A DNA stretch of 64,000 nt. Origin: Moniliella sp. 'wahieum' (Eukaryota). How positions within the stretch are numbered: position 1 is the first letter of the stretch; every line of letters starts with the position of its first letter. The DNA lies in assembly GCA_003971905.1 (NCBI GenBank), contig RSEE01000008.1, positions 124,001-188,000 of the forward strand. Direction: 5' to 3'. Position numbers and translations under genes: made by a program. The notes beneath the pieces were generated by a model. It made no database searches and was not told the origin of the DNA. It was given only the letters and a program-made list of their open reading frames with translations. Shown here piece after piece: positions 1 to 13,585 of the stretch.

Positions 1-1938
1 ACAAGGCCCTTCTCTGGCTCCGGGAGCACGCACATGAGTTTGAGGGAAAAATCTACCCGCCAGTGATGATGGAAGTGGAGCTCAAACCTAACTACCGCCA
101 CTTGGCCGACGCGGTCGAAATGCCAATCCGTTGGGCGACGCTCAAGACGTTTGTATGCGAACATCGGGCGGACTATGACAAACTTTCTGCCAAGCTCAAT
201 GACGAGATGGGCTTGCGGGTGAACGTGGCTGAGATTGAAGGAGTCACAACAGAGGAAGTGCAGAGTAAAATGCCGCTCTCGCTTGCTGAGTTGCACAAAC
301 TGGGATTTGATGGCTATGTGGTGGATTTCCTCTGTGGCCCCCAAACCGTCCTCAACTTTCTCTGCATGGCCGACAATTTGCACCAGATCCCGCTCGCCGA
401 GCACGAAGGTACGTTCGACCGTGCCCGAACCGAACAACTCTTCACTCGTTTCATTGCCGGCGACACGCTGCAGAACATTAATCGCAGTCAATACGTTGGG
501 CGTAACGGGCAGCGCATGGTACAGGTCTCGACACGCATTGTTTCGCCTGCACGCAACTTGGTGCACAGCATAGACACCGATTCCATCGAGCGACATGAGC
601 GGGAGTTGGCGCAGCATCGCGAACAAGAGCAAGTGCTCCGTCAGCGCTGGGAAGAGTTACAGGCCAAGCACGAGACCATCCGAACCACTCTCCAATCGCT
701 TAAAGTCGAACGCGAGGCAATCAACCAACAGCGCCACAAGCCGTCGAAGCCAAGCGAGCGTACGAGCAGGCAGTGATGGAACTCCAGAGCAAACGGTCCC
801 AATTGCATCGCGAAACCCATGCGCCATCCCTCGAAGGCCAACGGGACAAACTTCGTGCCAAAGTGCAAACCTTTACCGATCGAATGGCAAGCTTGGCCGA
901 AGACATCTCCTTCCGTCTGACTGTGCTGTTTAACATGATGCAAAATTCGACCGAGATGCGCTTGGCCAAGATACAGGCCCAAGCTGATGCCGAGCACTTT
1001 GCCACCATTGTTGCTGAGATTACCGAGGAGGCCCAATCGCTCATGGTGGAAATTTCCGAAGTACGAGCGGATATCAAAGCGGCCAAAAACGCTTCGAGGC
1101 GCCTGCTCGAAGAAGCACAACGGGAAATGGCAGAGTTGCCCGCCGAGTTGCAGGAACAACTCAAGTTGCTTCATGACGAAGGCTTGCCCTCGGTCGATGA
1201 GCTCACGGCCCAAATCACCGAAGCACGGATCGACCTGGAAAGTGCCCCGAGCGTGTCGGCCGACGTGTTGCGGCGGTACCAAGAAAAGCTGGCGCAACAA
1301 GAAGAGTTGCAAGCCAAGGTGGCTGCGCACGATGCGGATCGAGCCAGGTTGCAAAAGAAGGTGGACAAGTACCGTGCTGCGTGGGAGCCAGCGCTGGAAG
1401 CGCTGATTGAACGTGTCAACGATCGGTTTGCCGACGCGTTTGATCAGTTCCAATGTACGGGCGAAGTACGCCTGGCCAAGCCGCAGCCGCCGGGCGGGAC
1501 TGGGCCCGAAGCTGAACGCGCAGCAGAAGATGCTGCGTTGGCATTTGAGGATTACACGGTGGAAATTCGTGTCAAGTTCCGACAAGAAGAAGAGTTGCAG
1601 TTGCTCACTGCCGAGCGTCAGAGTGGAGGCGAACGTTCCTTGTCGACCATCTTGTACCTCATGAGTCTTACCGAACTCTCTGCCGCTCCCTTTAGCTTGG
1701 TGGACGAGATCAACCAGGGTATGGACCAACGTGCCGAACGCTTGGTCCACGATCATATGGTCCGTACCACTTGTCGTCAAGCTGCCGGACAGTACTTTCT
1801 CATCACGCCCAAGCTCCTTACGGGCTACGGTACGACGAGAAGATGCGCTTGTTGATCATCAATGCTGGGGACTATGTGCCGGAACGGTTTTCGTTCAAGG
1901 ATTATGCCACGCCCGCCCGAGCGACGATTACGGCGTGA
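1..1938 (+). CDS. SMC5: Structural maintenance of chromosomes protein 5, C-terminal part (hinge, coiled coil, C-terminal ABC head); 5' end outside the window
   Basis: ORFs 63-776 and 773-1855 join via a frameshift. Motifs: QSGGERSLSTILYLMSL (signature), PFSLVDEINQGMD (Walker B/D-loop typical of SMC5), QYFLITPKLL. After another frameshift near 1825 it reads YDEKMRLLIINAGDYVP...TITA* with TGA at 1936-1938. Confidence 0.93.
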
Positions 1939-2052
1939 TCCGAGTGGCGGCCCTGGGGGCCAGATTGGAACAGATCCCATTTTTGTACCAAGTGACGGGG
2001 AGATGTGGTGGCTGTGGCAAGGGGGGGGGGGAGGGGGAGGGGGAAGGTTACG

Positions 2053-3330
2053 TTAGAACAGAGACTGAAGGTAGGTGAGCACATCTTGCTGGTACGGCTG
2101 CAGCTGTGCGTCCAGGTGGGGTGGGGTGGAACGGGCGGGAAAGTGGGTTTCAGGTGGTACGGGAGGGGGGGAAACAAGCGAGTCAAAGTGGGTACCGAGC
2201 AGACCTTGTTCCAACCAAGGCCGAAGCGATTCGGCTATTGTCCCCTTGAGTTGGAGATGAGGGACCGAGTGAACCTTGCCCTGTCGGACCACCATTTCGC
2301 CCTCCAACGCGCCCCAGGCAAATGTAGCGTCGAGCGCCAAACTAAACTGAGGTGTCTGCCCGAAAATCCAGTCCCACGAACCGAGACTGGCATACGTTTG
2401 CCGTAACTGATCGTCCTGGGCAAGCAATTCGTCCGACGCCAGGTGCACCACTGCCCTGGGCCCAGCAAATTCTTCCACGACAGCACGGATGAACGTGTGG
2501 TGCGACCATGGCTGGGCAGGGAAGGCCGTTGCGAGCGAGGTGACGGCCGCCCGTACGCTCGCTACGCCTTGCGACGTTACGATGGCCTTGCATGTCGGAC
2601 GGGCAAGCGCAGAACCAAGGTGGTCCAGCTGGGAGGACAAGAGCATTGTCCCATGATGGTACGCGCGCGACGAGGTGATCTTGTACGCCGAGCCAGATAA
2701 CTTGTACTCGTTGGGCTTGCGCAGCGCGACGGTCGTGGGGTCATGCTGTATGTCAGGCTGGTGGGTAAGGGGCGCAGAATGACCTTCGGATGTAGGAGCG
2801 CGAGGAGGGGCAGCAGGCACCGCAGAGAGGCACAGATCGTTACGCTCGTTGACGTACACGCCGGGAGGAAGGCACGGCAGAGCGTCGGGAGAAGGCGCTG
2901 GAGCCGAAGCGAGGGTGGCACGTTGGCCTGCCAGGCCCAAGCGGGAATTGAGCGCGCGCGCAATCAGCTGCGCCCCGCTGGAACGGGTAAAGACCTGCCG
3001 CGGCGTGTGCAGAGAGTAGTTGCAGTTGCCCAAGTCGTGGTACACGGCGCCGCCGCCACTGCGACGACGGACAAAGGGGATCTGGTGCGCGCGCAGCGCA
3101 GATGGGTTGAGTTCTGTCCAGGGGTTCTGGTTCCGGCCGAGCACGACACAGGGTGCGTTGCGGTACAGGAGCAGCGTGGGTGCCTGCTCGGCTGCGCGCC
3201 GCGTTCGCAGTAGCACGTCTTCCAGCGCCAGGTTGAAGAGTGGGTCCAACGACGTGCTCACCACCGCCTCGGCAGTGCCCGACGCCGCAGCGCGCAACCA
3301 TGCGCCCGTGGCAGTGGCTGTGGACAGCAT
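2053..3330 (-). CDS. Lipoate-protein ligase A / lipoyltransferase (AIM22/LIP3-like), mitochondrial
   Basis: Intact ORF with NLALED, LYRNAPCVVLGRNQNPW, RRRSGGGAVYHDLGNCNYS, KLSGSAYK, HHGTML, SWDWIFGQTPQF. First ATG is at 3330. Confidence 0.92.
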   Translation of the reverse strand: MLSTATATGAWLRAAASGTAEAVVSTSLDPLFNLALEDVLLRTRRAAEQAPTLLLYRNAPCVVLGRNQNPWTELNPSALRAHQIPFVRRRSGGGAVYHDLGNCNYSLHTPRQVFTRSSGAQLIARALNSRLGLAGQRATLASAPAPSPDALPCLPPGVYVNERNDLCLSAVPAAPPRAPTSEGHSAPLTHQPDIQHDPTTVALRKPNEYKLSGSAYKITSSRAYHHGTMLLSSQLDHLGSALARPTCKAIVTSQGVASVRAAVTSLATAFPAQPWSHHTFIRAVVEEFAGPRAVVHLASDELLAQDDQLRQTYASLGSWDWIFGQTPQFSLALDATFAWGALEGEMVVRQGKVHSVPHLQLKGTIAESLRPWLEQGLLGTHFDSLVSPPPVPPETHFPARSTPPHLDAQLQPYQQDVLTYLQSLF

Positions 3331-4379
3331 TCGGGACCTGCGGACGAAGCACAAGCAACCAACTGCTGCTCCCACGCCTCGCCTGTGGCTTGGGCTGGGC
3401 TTTGCCAAAAAGGGTTTTGTCCTGGGGCCGGCGTGCCAGCGTGGCGCAAAAGGCTTACCTCATCCTGTCTTGCCAGTGGCTGCAATCGGCTGGACTTTTT
3501 TTATGGGCAGCAAAAGAGAGTAATATGATTGTTCACCTGTGTCGTTTGCACTTGGCATAGCATGTTCCCTCTGGGACAGTAGCAGCGTCAGGATATGATG
3601 ACCCAGGATGTATCTTGTAACAATATTGGCATCTCACCAAGCACTCGGCCACAAGCGCACCGTGAGCAGCTCACGTGTGCATCACCGTCACATCATCAGT
3701 TCCTTCAACGATTTGACAGGTCCCATAGCCTAGTATGTCTCCGCTTCCCATCCATCAACGAACACAGGTTTGTAAAACCTTCCAAGTCCCCGGAAAACAG
3801 ACCTGTTCTGCCTCCGCCTCCTTATGATTTCTGTATACCGTAGTTTAGGGGCGCTGAAACGACGGTGCAGTGCGTGTGTTATGTAGCGACCAACGGAAGG
3901 CACGGCAAGTTCTGTCGCAGGAAGAGAGCGCAAGAAGGGGGGAGAGACAAAACGTTGCCATAGGGACAGGACGTAACGCATATAGACGCAACAATAAACA
4001 GACCAGATCACAGTGTGTGCGTAGGTAAAAAAGTTAGACGTGCTACTTAAACATGCTAGGCGACAGCAAACAACTGTGAACAAGTGTTCTTGCGAGAAAT
4101 AGTAGTTGAGCACGTTGAGCGGGGGGGAGGAGGTATGAACGAAGAAAACACAAAAGGAGGGGTGTAGATGGTAAGTCGGTAATATAGGTTTCGCCTCCAG
4201 CCTACTACATGCAATGTCCATATGGTTTGGGGTGGGGAAGATGAGCAGAGAAAAAGAGTCATTCTCGATTGTTTCGAAGTTGTGTTGTCAAAACCCATGA
4301 TCTGCATGATCCGGATGCCGAACAGCCGGGAGGAATCACTAGAAAAAATGAGTAGGGGAAAGCACTGGAGGGGGATAGC

Positions 4380-6018
4380 TTAGCACCCAGGACGAGTAAG
4401 CTTGTTCTTTGGCCACGCGTGGGGCCACTGGGTGAGGTTGGGGTTGGTGTACACGTCTTGGTGCCGGTGGATGTACGCGGCGGTAGGGTGGTCGACGGGG
4501 TCGCAGCTCAGTCGTCGGTCCTCACCCGTCGGCTGGTACAACCGTGCGTAGTCGATTTTGAGTTGGGCGGGGAAGCGTAATCCACGTGGATCGTTGGGGT
4601 TGAGGATGGTTTGCTGGAAGCCTGGGGAAATGCCAAGGTTCTGACCGCCATTGCATGTACAAGATTAATAAAATGAATAGGATAAGGAAACAGCCGGGAG
4701 AGGGGGAAAAGGAGAAGGGGGGAAAGGAAAGAGGTGTATGAGGGGCCCAGATTGGGAGTTTGGTTAGCATCATTTCTTTAAAAACTCAGACACCAGCTCA
4801 GGTTCTTGGGCACTCTGGCAGGCGAATGAATGAAACCAAAACGTACCATGATGATGCTCATTGGTTCTACGGGGACATGGCGTTGGCCAATATCCAGTTG
4901 GGCCACCGGCCCAATCGCCGACCCTTCCACGCGCCACGCCGGCTTCCCGTCAATCCACCACCGCACGTACCCACCTCCATTCAAATCCCAGTCCGGGAGG
5001 TACTCCAGGCCGTACCGTACAAACCGGCCGCTAGTCAAAGCAAACCCCTCGTCCGGACATTGTGTTAGCCCCGACACAGCTTCCTGGTACACCGAGCCGA
5101 CGTAATCGTTGATTCGTGAAATCGAGGTATTGTACAGTGTTGCATACGCCGACGTATTTTTCCACCAATAGCCCACATCAAAAGGTGCAGTTTGCAAGCT
5201 GCTCGAGGCGTAGGTATGGTACGTTTCTCGATCCGTTCGACTCGGTTGTACTTGCGCTTCAAACACGTCAATCTCTGGTGCTGAGCGGGCTACCGACTGG
5301 TTCGGGCCGGGATGGTCTTCCCCGGCACAGGTGCAGGAAGGTGCACGCATCCCATCGAGGTAGGATAGAACCCCTTTCTTGGCCCATTGCCCTTTCGAGT
5401 GCTGGGCCTCGTACGGGCCCGTACCGTTGAGGAAAGTTTGGTTGGGAAGGATGCCAGTATCGCAACTGGAGTACGAGTAGCTGTTCAGGTACGTAGTCGC
5501 GGTTAGCAGGGATTGTCTCCCGTTCATCGTGGCAACAACCGTACAGTATATATCGTCCATTGCCCGCAGAGGAAGAGAGGAGAAGGAAGGAAGACGTACG
5601 GCCACATCCCATCTGTGGATCCCATGTACCCAGGGCGACCTAGGTTGCCCATAATCCACGCGGCAGGCCAGTAGCCCTGGGTATAGGGAAATGCTGGGAA
5701 CTGGATGCTGAATTCCAAGTACCCACCCTGGAAGCACAGCTTGTTCCAGCTCTGTACCATGCCCGATTGGAAGTTGACCTGGTGATTGTCTTTTTGGGTA
5801 AGGGTAAGCACCAGTGCGCCACCGGTCGTGTTGACAGCCTCGGGCGAGTACCATTCATAGTCACTTGTCGCACCGTAATACAAGTCGACGGCTTCCCAAA
5901 AGGGCTATAGGAGGAGTTAGCCGTACAACTCATCGCATATAAGGAAACAGTGGCTGTGCTCTCTACAGCGAACAACGGGTATATAAATACAAAGGAAGAC
6001 GGGAAACACGTGAAAGCG

Positions 6019-6049
<31 letters not shown>

Positions 6050-6768
6050 CGTACATCGTCACCTGGCCAAAACGTACGACCCTCTTGATTAAACTCGTCG
6101 GAAAAGACGAGACTAAAGGCTTGGTGCTCCATATTTGCCCAGTGCATCGCTTCGGCCGGCGTATCCGGATCAAGGAGCGGTCGGAGTGGCAAATCGGGGA
6201 TTTGGCCCGTCCCATTCGCCCCTCCCGCTCGACCTGTGGCCTGTTCGATCCAGCTGAGAGCTGGCTTGGCAAAGTGCGAGTAGATGGGGTATCCACCAAA
6301 CAACATTAGCACCGCCAAGATCAACAAGAGGAGGGTAAGTACGTTCAACGCGCCTGCGATCGATACACCGTGGTTCCGATCTCCCGGATCGGGCGTGTGC
6401 ATCTCGTCCGGCTCATTGTCGTCAGTGTAGGCAGGGCCATAGAGAGAAGGATGGGAAACGATTGTTGCTCCAAACTTGTGCGCTACCCGAAACGAATTGG
6501 AGTGGTGCTGGGATGTACTGGACGTGGCGTATTGTACCATTTTCTCTTCGGATGATGCCGGTTGGAGACGGTCGCCGGCCACAGAAGGACTGATGGATGT
6601 TGCGGCCATGTCGTATGTTTGGCCGCTGGGTGACTCGGGCAGAAGGACTTCTTCGCCGTCCCGTTGGGACGCGTGGGGGGCAGAGGGGGAGGGGGAGGTG
6701 GGGGCGAGGGGGGGAAGGGGGATGCGGAGGGTGGGCCCCATGGACCAGCTGTAGGTGGGGTGGTGCAT
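4380..6768 (-). CDS. Beta-1,6-glucan synthesis-associated KRE6/SKN1 family GH16 type II membrane protein, about 4 exons
   Basis: TM segment, then LVFSDEFNQEGRTFWPGDD | PFWEAVDL...SGMVQSWNKLCFQGG...GYWPAAWIMGNLGRPGY...GMWP | YSYSSCDTG...RSAPEIDVFEAQ...EPMSIIM | NLGISPGF...FPAQLKIDYARLYQ...NPNLT...KNKL..C*. Introns starting GTACG lie at about 6052-5907, 5599-5482 and 4845-4641. Confidence 0.92.
6022..6049. repeat. (GA)n microsatellite within the first KRE6-like intron
   Basis: gagagagag... run visible directly. Confidence 0.9.
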
Positions 6769-8620
6769 GGGCGAGGAGGCATGCAGTGTCTATGTGTCTA
6801 GCAGCGTTTTGTGCGAGAGAAGAAAGTCAGAGGGCAGAAAGGTGTGGTTTTGGAGGTGGGCGGGGGGCAGGAGGGCAAGAGAGAAACGAGAGAGGCGTGG
6901 TGGTGGGGATGAGGGTGAAGATGGGAATGGAGATGGAGATGGAGATGGAGATGGAATGGAGGCAGAGTCTGTGGGGTTTGGAGCACACACGCTAGCAAAA
7001 CGCATGGAAGACGAGACAGGAATTAAGGCGGTTGTGGTGTGGGTGGGTCTGTCTGGATGCAATGCACACAAGCAAGCTGCATTCCAGCCGGTGGTCTGCA
7101 TAGCCCACCCCAGCGGCTGGCATTCTCCCTTGCTTGTCCCATCGGCGGTGTGTCGTCTGGCGTGGCGCTGGCTGGGGGCAGACACGGTGGTTGTGTGTCC
7201 TATTTAACTGTGTGTTCCCCCTCGAGCTGGGTACATACGCGCCCTCCCGAGACGTCCACACACCGCCCCTGTGCTCCCCCACGGGACATGCCCTCGGTGG
7301 GTGCCGACGCTTACCTAACCACCCCATCCTCCCGCCGATCGTCATCGGTCTCAGATCTCCCTTCACCAAATGCCCAAGAACGCCCCCCATTACAGTCTGA
7401 AGAGAGCGAAAAAGGATTCCAGTTGGCCGGTGGTCCTCCTCCCCAACGCAGCTCTCCACACCCTAGGCTCTCTTCTGTGTCCTTGGGGTAATATACGCGC
7501 ACCTCATCGAGCTCATCATTCCCACCGTCTTACAGTAGTAGATAGGACCACTTTTCGTCCTGGTCCATCCCCCCCTACAGCCTCCCGCAGCGTTGTTAAC
7601 AACCGCAGCACAGCGGTGGCGTAGTCGCTGGCTTTCCCGCCAACATCATTTTCATTTGACTGATGGGTTTTTAATGCGCACGTAATGGTAATGGCTGCCA
7701 TTAAGGCACTGCCAAAACAAAAGGCAAGCCAGGGATCAGAGCAGAGACAACGCGGGGTAGTAATAACAGGTGCGACAATAGTACGAAGACGCGGTCCCGG
7801 TTCAGCCCGAGGGCCAAGCAAACAAAAAAAAGTCTTCGTCAAACGAGAATGATTAATCACTACAGAGGTGGATGCGGTTGCTACCGACTATGATATGACG
7901 ATGACGACGGTGCACAGCGGAGTATAAGCCCACATTACCGCGGTTGCCGGTTGTCGGCCAGTTAGCTGGTTAGATCCTGAGCCTCAGGTCCATGCCCTAT
8001 CCCATTCTCTGGCGTGTGTTGCCCTGCGGTGCCGTGGATGCAGGCTCCAAGCCACACGCTGTTTTTTGGGCCCTGCGAACTGGAACGATGGAAAGGAGAT
8101 GGAGATGGAGATGGAGCAGGCGCCCGACCGGGGGAGAAGGTAGCGCTAACCAGGAGCTTACCTGCATTGGTCAGCCCGACCAAAAATAGCCAGTGCGAGG
8201 AAGTGGGCCGACGGATGACATCAATCGATGACATCAACCGATGACAAATGTCTGCCGGAACAAATTAATTTGCGGCTTGGCCGACTCCGCCGGGTTCCTG
8301 CCTCGCGTTTTGACGTGACGCGTGAGGTCACCGTCACCGTCACGGGGGCCTGAAGCTTGATACAGATACAGATGGTCATCAAGCGTGCCCCATCGTCTGC
8401 TAGGGATTGCTATAGCAAGGAACAAGTGATCCCGCACTGTGCCTGCCATCGGCAATCCAGCAGAAGCTGCCGCCCGTTGATCAGCAATCATCGATCATCC
8501 CAGCTCCGACACGGAGGGGGGGGGCTGGGGGGTACAAATACCCCCCCCCCTCCCCCCGGCCTGTTGGGGCTTTGGTCCCACTCTCATCCCACTCTCATCC
8601 CTCTCCTCTTTCCCACCACC

Positions 8621-10019
8621 ATGTTCGCACTCAAGTCCCTTCGTCCTGCGCTGTCCGTGCGCGGGCTGTCTCGTCTTCCGGTCCGCTTTGCCTCGACCGC
8701 GCCGCTGACGACCGAGGAAAAGAGCCTGATCAAGGCTACCATTCCGATTTTGCAACAACATGGTCCCGACCTTACCTCGCGCTTTTACCGCCGCATGCTC
8801 ACGGAGAACCCCGAGTTGAAGAATGTGTTTAGTCTGACCAAGATGGAGACTGGTCGGCAGCCGAAGGCGCTTGCGTACAGTCTCTTGGCCTATGCCCAGA
8901 ACATTGACGACCTCACCCCGCTCACTGCATTTGTTGAAAATGGTACGCTCTTAGCCCCCCCCGCGGGGTCTTCCTTTTTGTCGGCTGCATGGATTGGATG
9001 GGTGTTGACACGAGACCGATTCCAGTGTGCCAGAAACATGCGTCGCTGATCGTTACCCCCGACCAATACGAAATTGTGGGCAAGTACCTACTGATGACGA
9101 TGGCCGACATGCTGGGCGATGCGTTCACCCCGGACCTCAAGGCAGCGTGGGGAAAGGCGTACTGGCAATTGGCCAACATGATGATTGGACGAGAACAGGA
9201 GCTGTATGAAGAAGACCCTTCCTGGGCCGGATGGCGCAACTTCAAAATTGTTGACAAGCAACCTGAATCGGCTGAAATCACCTCGTTTTACCTGCAGCCT
9301 GTTGATGGCAAGCCCCTTCCCACCTACCGCCCGGGTCAGTACACTAGCATCCTCGTTCCTGTCAATGACCAAGGCCGGCACCAACCGCGGCAGTACTCCC
9401 TCTCTGCTCGGCCCAACTCGACCACCTACCGCATCTCCGTTCGTCGTGCCCAACCCGAGGCACTCAACGTGCCCAACCCCTCGCTGATCAGCAACCTTCT
9501 CCACGATTCCTTTAACGTCGGCGATTCGGTCCAGCTCTCCCACCCACGTGGCGTGTTCGTTCCCCCCCCCGACGTGGAGCAGGATGCACCCTTTGTTTTC
9601 CTCGGTGCAGGCGTCGGGATTACCCCCCTGCTGTCCATGTTGGAATCCGCCTCGGCTTCCCACCCGCTCACGTTGGTGCATGGAGCCACGTCGGTGGCTC
9701 AACGGCCATTTGCGCACGAGGTCAAACACCTGATCGAAGCTCAGGCTCAAGACCACCCCTCTCACCCTCCAGTCCAGTACCTCTCCTTTATCTCGCACCC
9801 GGAACCCGACGCGGTGAAAGGGAAAGATTACGATGTGCAGGGCCGTGTGTCCCTCGCCCTCTCGATAAGGACTCCCAGCTCTACGTGTCGAATCCAAAGA
9901 CGGTCTACTTTGTTTGTGGTCCGCCTGGATTTATGCAGGACATGTCCGACGCTCTTCAGTCCCAGTTTTCTATCCGCCCCGAACAGATCCTCTCCGAGAC
10001 GTTCACCGAGACAAAGTAA
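8621..10019 (+). CDS. YHB1: Flavohemoglobin / nitric oxide dioxygenase with predicted N-terminal mitochondrial presequence
   Basis: Globin: IKATIPILQQHG...FYRRMLTENPELKNVF...QPKALA...KHASL...YEIVGKYLL...AWGKAY. Reductase: PGQY, RQYSLS, ISNLLHD, GAGVGITP, CGPPGFM (last after a frameshift near 9860). One intron at about 8943-9025. Confidence 0.93.
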
Positions 10020-10992
10020 GGCTTTATACCACACTGCACGCTTCAAGCTGAAATAGGCGGGAGGCTGGGCTGAAGCGCCACAACGTCTCTCCTTGCAACG
10101 GGCTGGGAATCGATGCATTGTGCATGGATATATACCTCGCCGGGTCGGATCCAGGACGTTTTGGGTATATGCGTGGGTCCCCCCCCCTCCCTTTCCACCT
10201 CTCACCTCTTTTTTCTCCTTGCTCTGGCTCTTTCTCAAATCAAACGATCGATGATGGTTACTCCAACGTATCCGAGAGGAAAATCGGACAGCGCGGATGG
10301 ATACAGTAGTAAACAGCCATATACGCCGCATGTGATGGGGAAGAGGGAGGCAGCTGGGTTCAGGCCCAGGCTCCAGGTTGAGTTCTCTTGTACCTCAGAG
10401 CGTGTAATGGTTCAAAATCGAGGTCCCTCAGGCCTCGCCTGAGAGGCCTGAGGTGGCTCAGGCACGACTGTCATTTATTAGGCCAGTAGTATACACAGAG
10501 AGAGAGACTATAGTCTTTGGGAGTGGAGTTTTCTCCTCTGCCTCAGTTGTACTGATTCAACTCGAAGCTTTAGGCGCGCTTAACTTCTCAATCTAAGATC
10601 TGAACCTGGCATCCCATCCTGCCGCGTACCTCATCATGCTTCTGGTTGTTGCGACGAGATAAGCGATAAGCGATAATCGATAAGCAATCGTCCAGGGCAC
10701 ATTCATATGCGCGACCACCCTCACCGGTCGGTCACCGGCCATCAGCGGTCCCCGGACGTAAACATTAAACCGGCCATCCGCCGTCCCTGGACATAAGGTG
10801 TGCGAACGGGTAACCCTAACTCATAACCACACAGCGGCTCCTGGGTGGCCAGCACCTGCCCCCGGAAGAACACACAAACGAGCAGATCGATCGATTGGTT
10901 GGGTTTAATTTAAGCCGCGCTGCAACCGTCCCGAGTCGGGTGTGGTCGCCCTCCTTCGTCCCCTCTGCCCCCTCTGCCCCCTCAGCCGCAGG

Positions 10993-12246
10993 ATGCCCAA
11001 CATTGTTGTTATCGGAGCTGGCGTGGCGGGCGCGACGACTGCGCGCCAGCTGGCCAAGAAGTTGCCCGCGGGGTATACGATTGTGGTGATCGAAGCTGGC
11101 GACGTGGCCTTCTGGCCTCCCGCGGCTCTTCGTGCGGCCGTCGTGTCAGGCCAAGAGTGGGAGACAAAAGTGGTGTGCCAGTACGACCGGTTTTGGCCTG
11201 CCGGTTCGCCCCATAAGATCCTCACTTCCTCCCGCGTCACCCGCCTTGAGGCCAACCATGTCCTCCTCCACTCGGGCGAGACGATCGAGTTTGAGTATGC
11301 GGTCTTGGCTACCGGGTCGGAGTATGCGTTTCCTTTCCGTGCGGGTCACCCGCTTACCGGGGGCGAAAGTTCGTACCACACCACTGTCGCTGGGCTTACT
11401 AGTCTCCAGCAGGCTGTTCGCACCGCCAAGCATATCCTCGTCGTCGGTGGTGGCACGGTCGGCGTCGAATTCGCTGGGGAAGTAGGCGCGTTTTATGCGG
11501 CTGCCTTGGCTTCCGGGGACAAACAGGTCTCCCTCGTGTCCAGGAGCACAGCACTGTGCGGAACGCAGTACGGCGCGGCCTTGCCCACTAAACTCGCTGC
11601 CCAGTTGACCAAGATGCACATCAAGTTATTCTTGGGCGATTCAGTCAATGTCGATTCCCTCCCTGACCGTCAGTCGCCAGCTGGCTTCGTCGGCGTAGGC
11701 GCCATCCCACCCACGTCTATCGTCACCTCCAACGGAACGACTTTGACCGACGTGGACTTTGTCCTGATCGCTCTCGGCCCGACGCGTCTAACCCGACTAT
11801 CGACCAGGCCGCTCCGGGTCAGGTCACTCGCGCGGGCATCAAACCTGATGCTAACTTACGCTTGTCTGGCACACTGCACAATTACTTTGTCGTAGGTGAC
11901 GCAGCGGACTTGCACACGTACAAAGTGGCTAAGATGATTGTACCCATTTCGTCCGAGGCAGGCGTGGTAGCGGACAACGTTGCGGCCTTGGTCGCTTCCC
12001 ACCGCAGCTACTACGACTTTGAAAACCGTCTCGGCTCAACCAAAGTTGATCATCGTCACTGTTGGTCCGGAGGGGGGCGTGTTTGTCACCCCGTTTTGGA
12101 CGTTTGGCGAATGGGCTTCCAAGTTGCTCAAGAGCAAGTCGTTGCTCCTCTCCTCCTTTACCGCCGCATTTTTGCTGCGTAACTCACGAGCTCAGCGACC
12201 TCTTGGCTGTATGGCGTGGTGTGCGTGCAAAGACGTGAATGTGTGA
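10993..12246 (+). CDS. AIF/AMID (FSP1)-like FAD/NAD(P)H pyridine nucleotide-disulfide oxidoreductase
   Basis: IVVIGAGVAG, YAVLATGS, ILVVGGGTVGVEFAGEV, FVVGDAA, IIVTVGPEGG. Frameshifts near 11790 and 12030 make the exact stop uncertain (12182 or 12246). Confidence 0.85.
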
Positions 12247-13585
12247 ATTCCCATCCTCTTGTGTGTGTGTCTTCTCTTTCGTTTGGGCTAGGTCTCTGTC
12301 TCTGATTCGTTAATCATTTTGTTCATTTTGTTGGATTTCGTTGGGTACGCAACTAAGAAGCTGCAGGCCCGAGGTGCCGGATGATGTCGATGCAGCTCGA
12401 TGATGCCAAGAAAGGAGTTGGGTCAGGGGAAGGTGGCAGTAAGGAACTATTAACCCATGATGCATCGAGTACTGAAGACTGAAGATCAGTGAAGACTGGA
12501 GACTTAGGGCCCATCAGTCAGTCATCGAGGGAGAATCATAATCGACATCGGCATTAATTAAAGCAACTTGAACCAGAATCCCTGGGCCTCGTCGCTGAGG
12601 GGGGCCTAATTAGCCTCACAACTTCTTTGGGGACAAGGGGGAGGGCAAGTTACGTGAAGAAGCGGCGGAATTGGTCCGATGGGCGAGCGAGTCAAGTAAT
12701 ACCCTTAGTTGCTCTTCGCCGCGTTACACTGGATCAGTCCAAGTAGAGCCACTTGGCTAGAGCAACTAGTAACCCGCACGGCTCAAAAGCCGGGAACAGG
12801 TGTTGCGGCCATCTACGTGCTACTTTTATTCCTTCCCGCGGAGCGATATCGGTCCCACTGACCTATGCGTATCGCATATTGCGTCTCGCGCATTGCGTAT
12901 TGCCTGTTGCGTATGGCGTAGTACAGTGTATACTGTGGCGGTACGAGACCAAGGTGGGTTGATCCTGCGCACCTTACGCGCCACCCCCCGTCTGGGTAGG
13001 CAGATGCATCCCCCGCGCTCGAGGGAACCAAGCACGTAAATTTCTATACGCAGGACGACCATGCAGTGACAAACGCCGAGGTGGAAACATCATCCGTCCG
13101 GAATACATTTGGAGCTCGAGCAAAGGGAATGGATGCATTGTAGTGTGTGTGAGAGAGGGTTCGGGAGAGGGGCAGGGGGGATATCGGATCCAACGGCGTC
13201 CCCGGCACCGAGCACCGAGCACCGAGCACCGAGCACCGAGCGGACGGTCAAGTTGGGACCAACCTCGATGCGGGCAAGAGCAAAGGAAAGATAAGATAAG
13301 CAAAACAAAACAGAGGGTCCAGGATCGATGGGATGGGGATGGGGACGCGAGACGCGAGCCGTGAGTTGTGAACCGTAAGCCGTGGGCCGTGGGACCCTGA
13401 GACGTGGCACGAGAGACGTGACGCGGCTCGCATGCGCATCCAGATTCAAAAGGGGCTCTCGCATGCGGACCAGGCCGGGTGGGACGGGTCTGGTCTGTGG
13501 TCTGCGCGCCAAGGTACGAAAGGAGAATGTGTTTTGGGACGGGACCAACCAAAGGTCGGGTGGGGTGGTAGTGTGGTGAGCAGGA

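Noticed and set aside
641..1780. Long antisense ORFs (also 9088-9897, 20385-21614, 23784-24599, 31845-33098)
   Set aside because: Shadow frames opposite well-supported GC-rich genes, with no motifs of their own.
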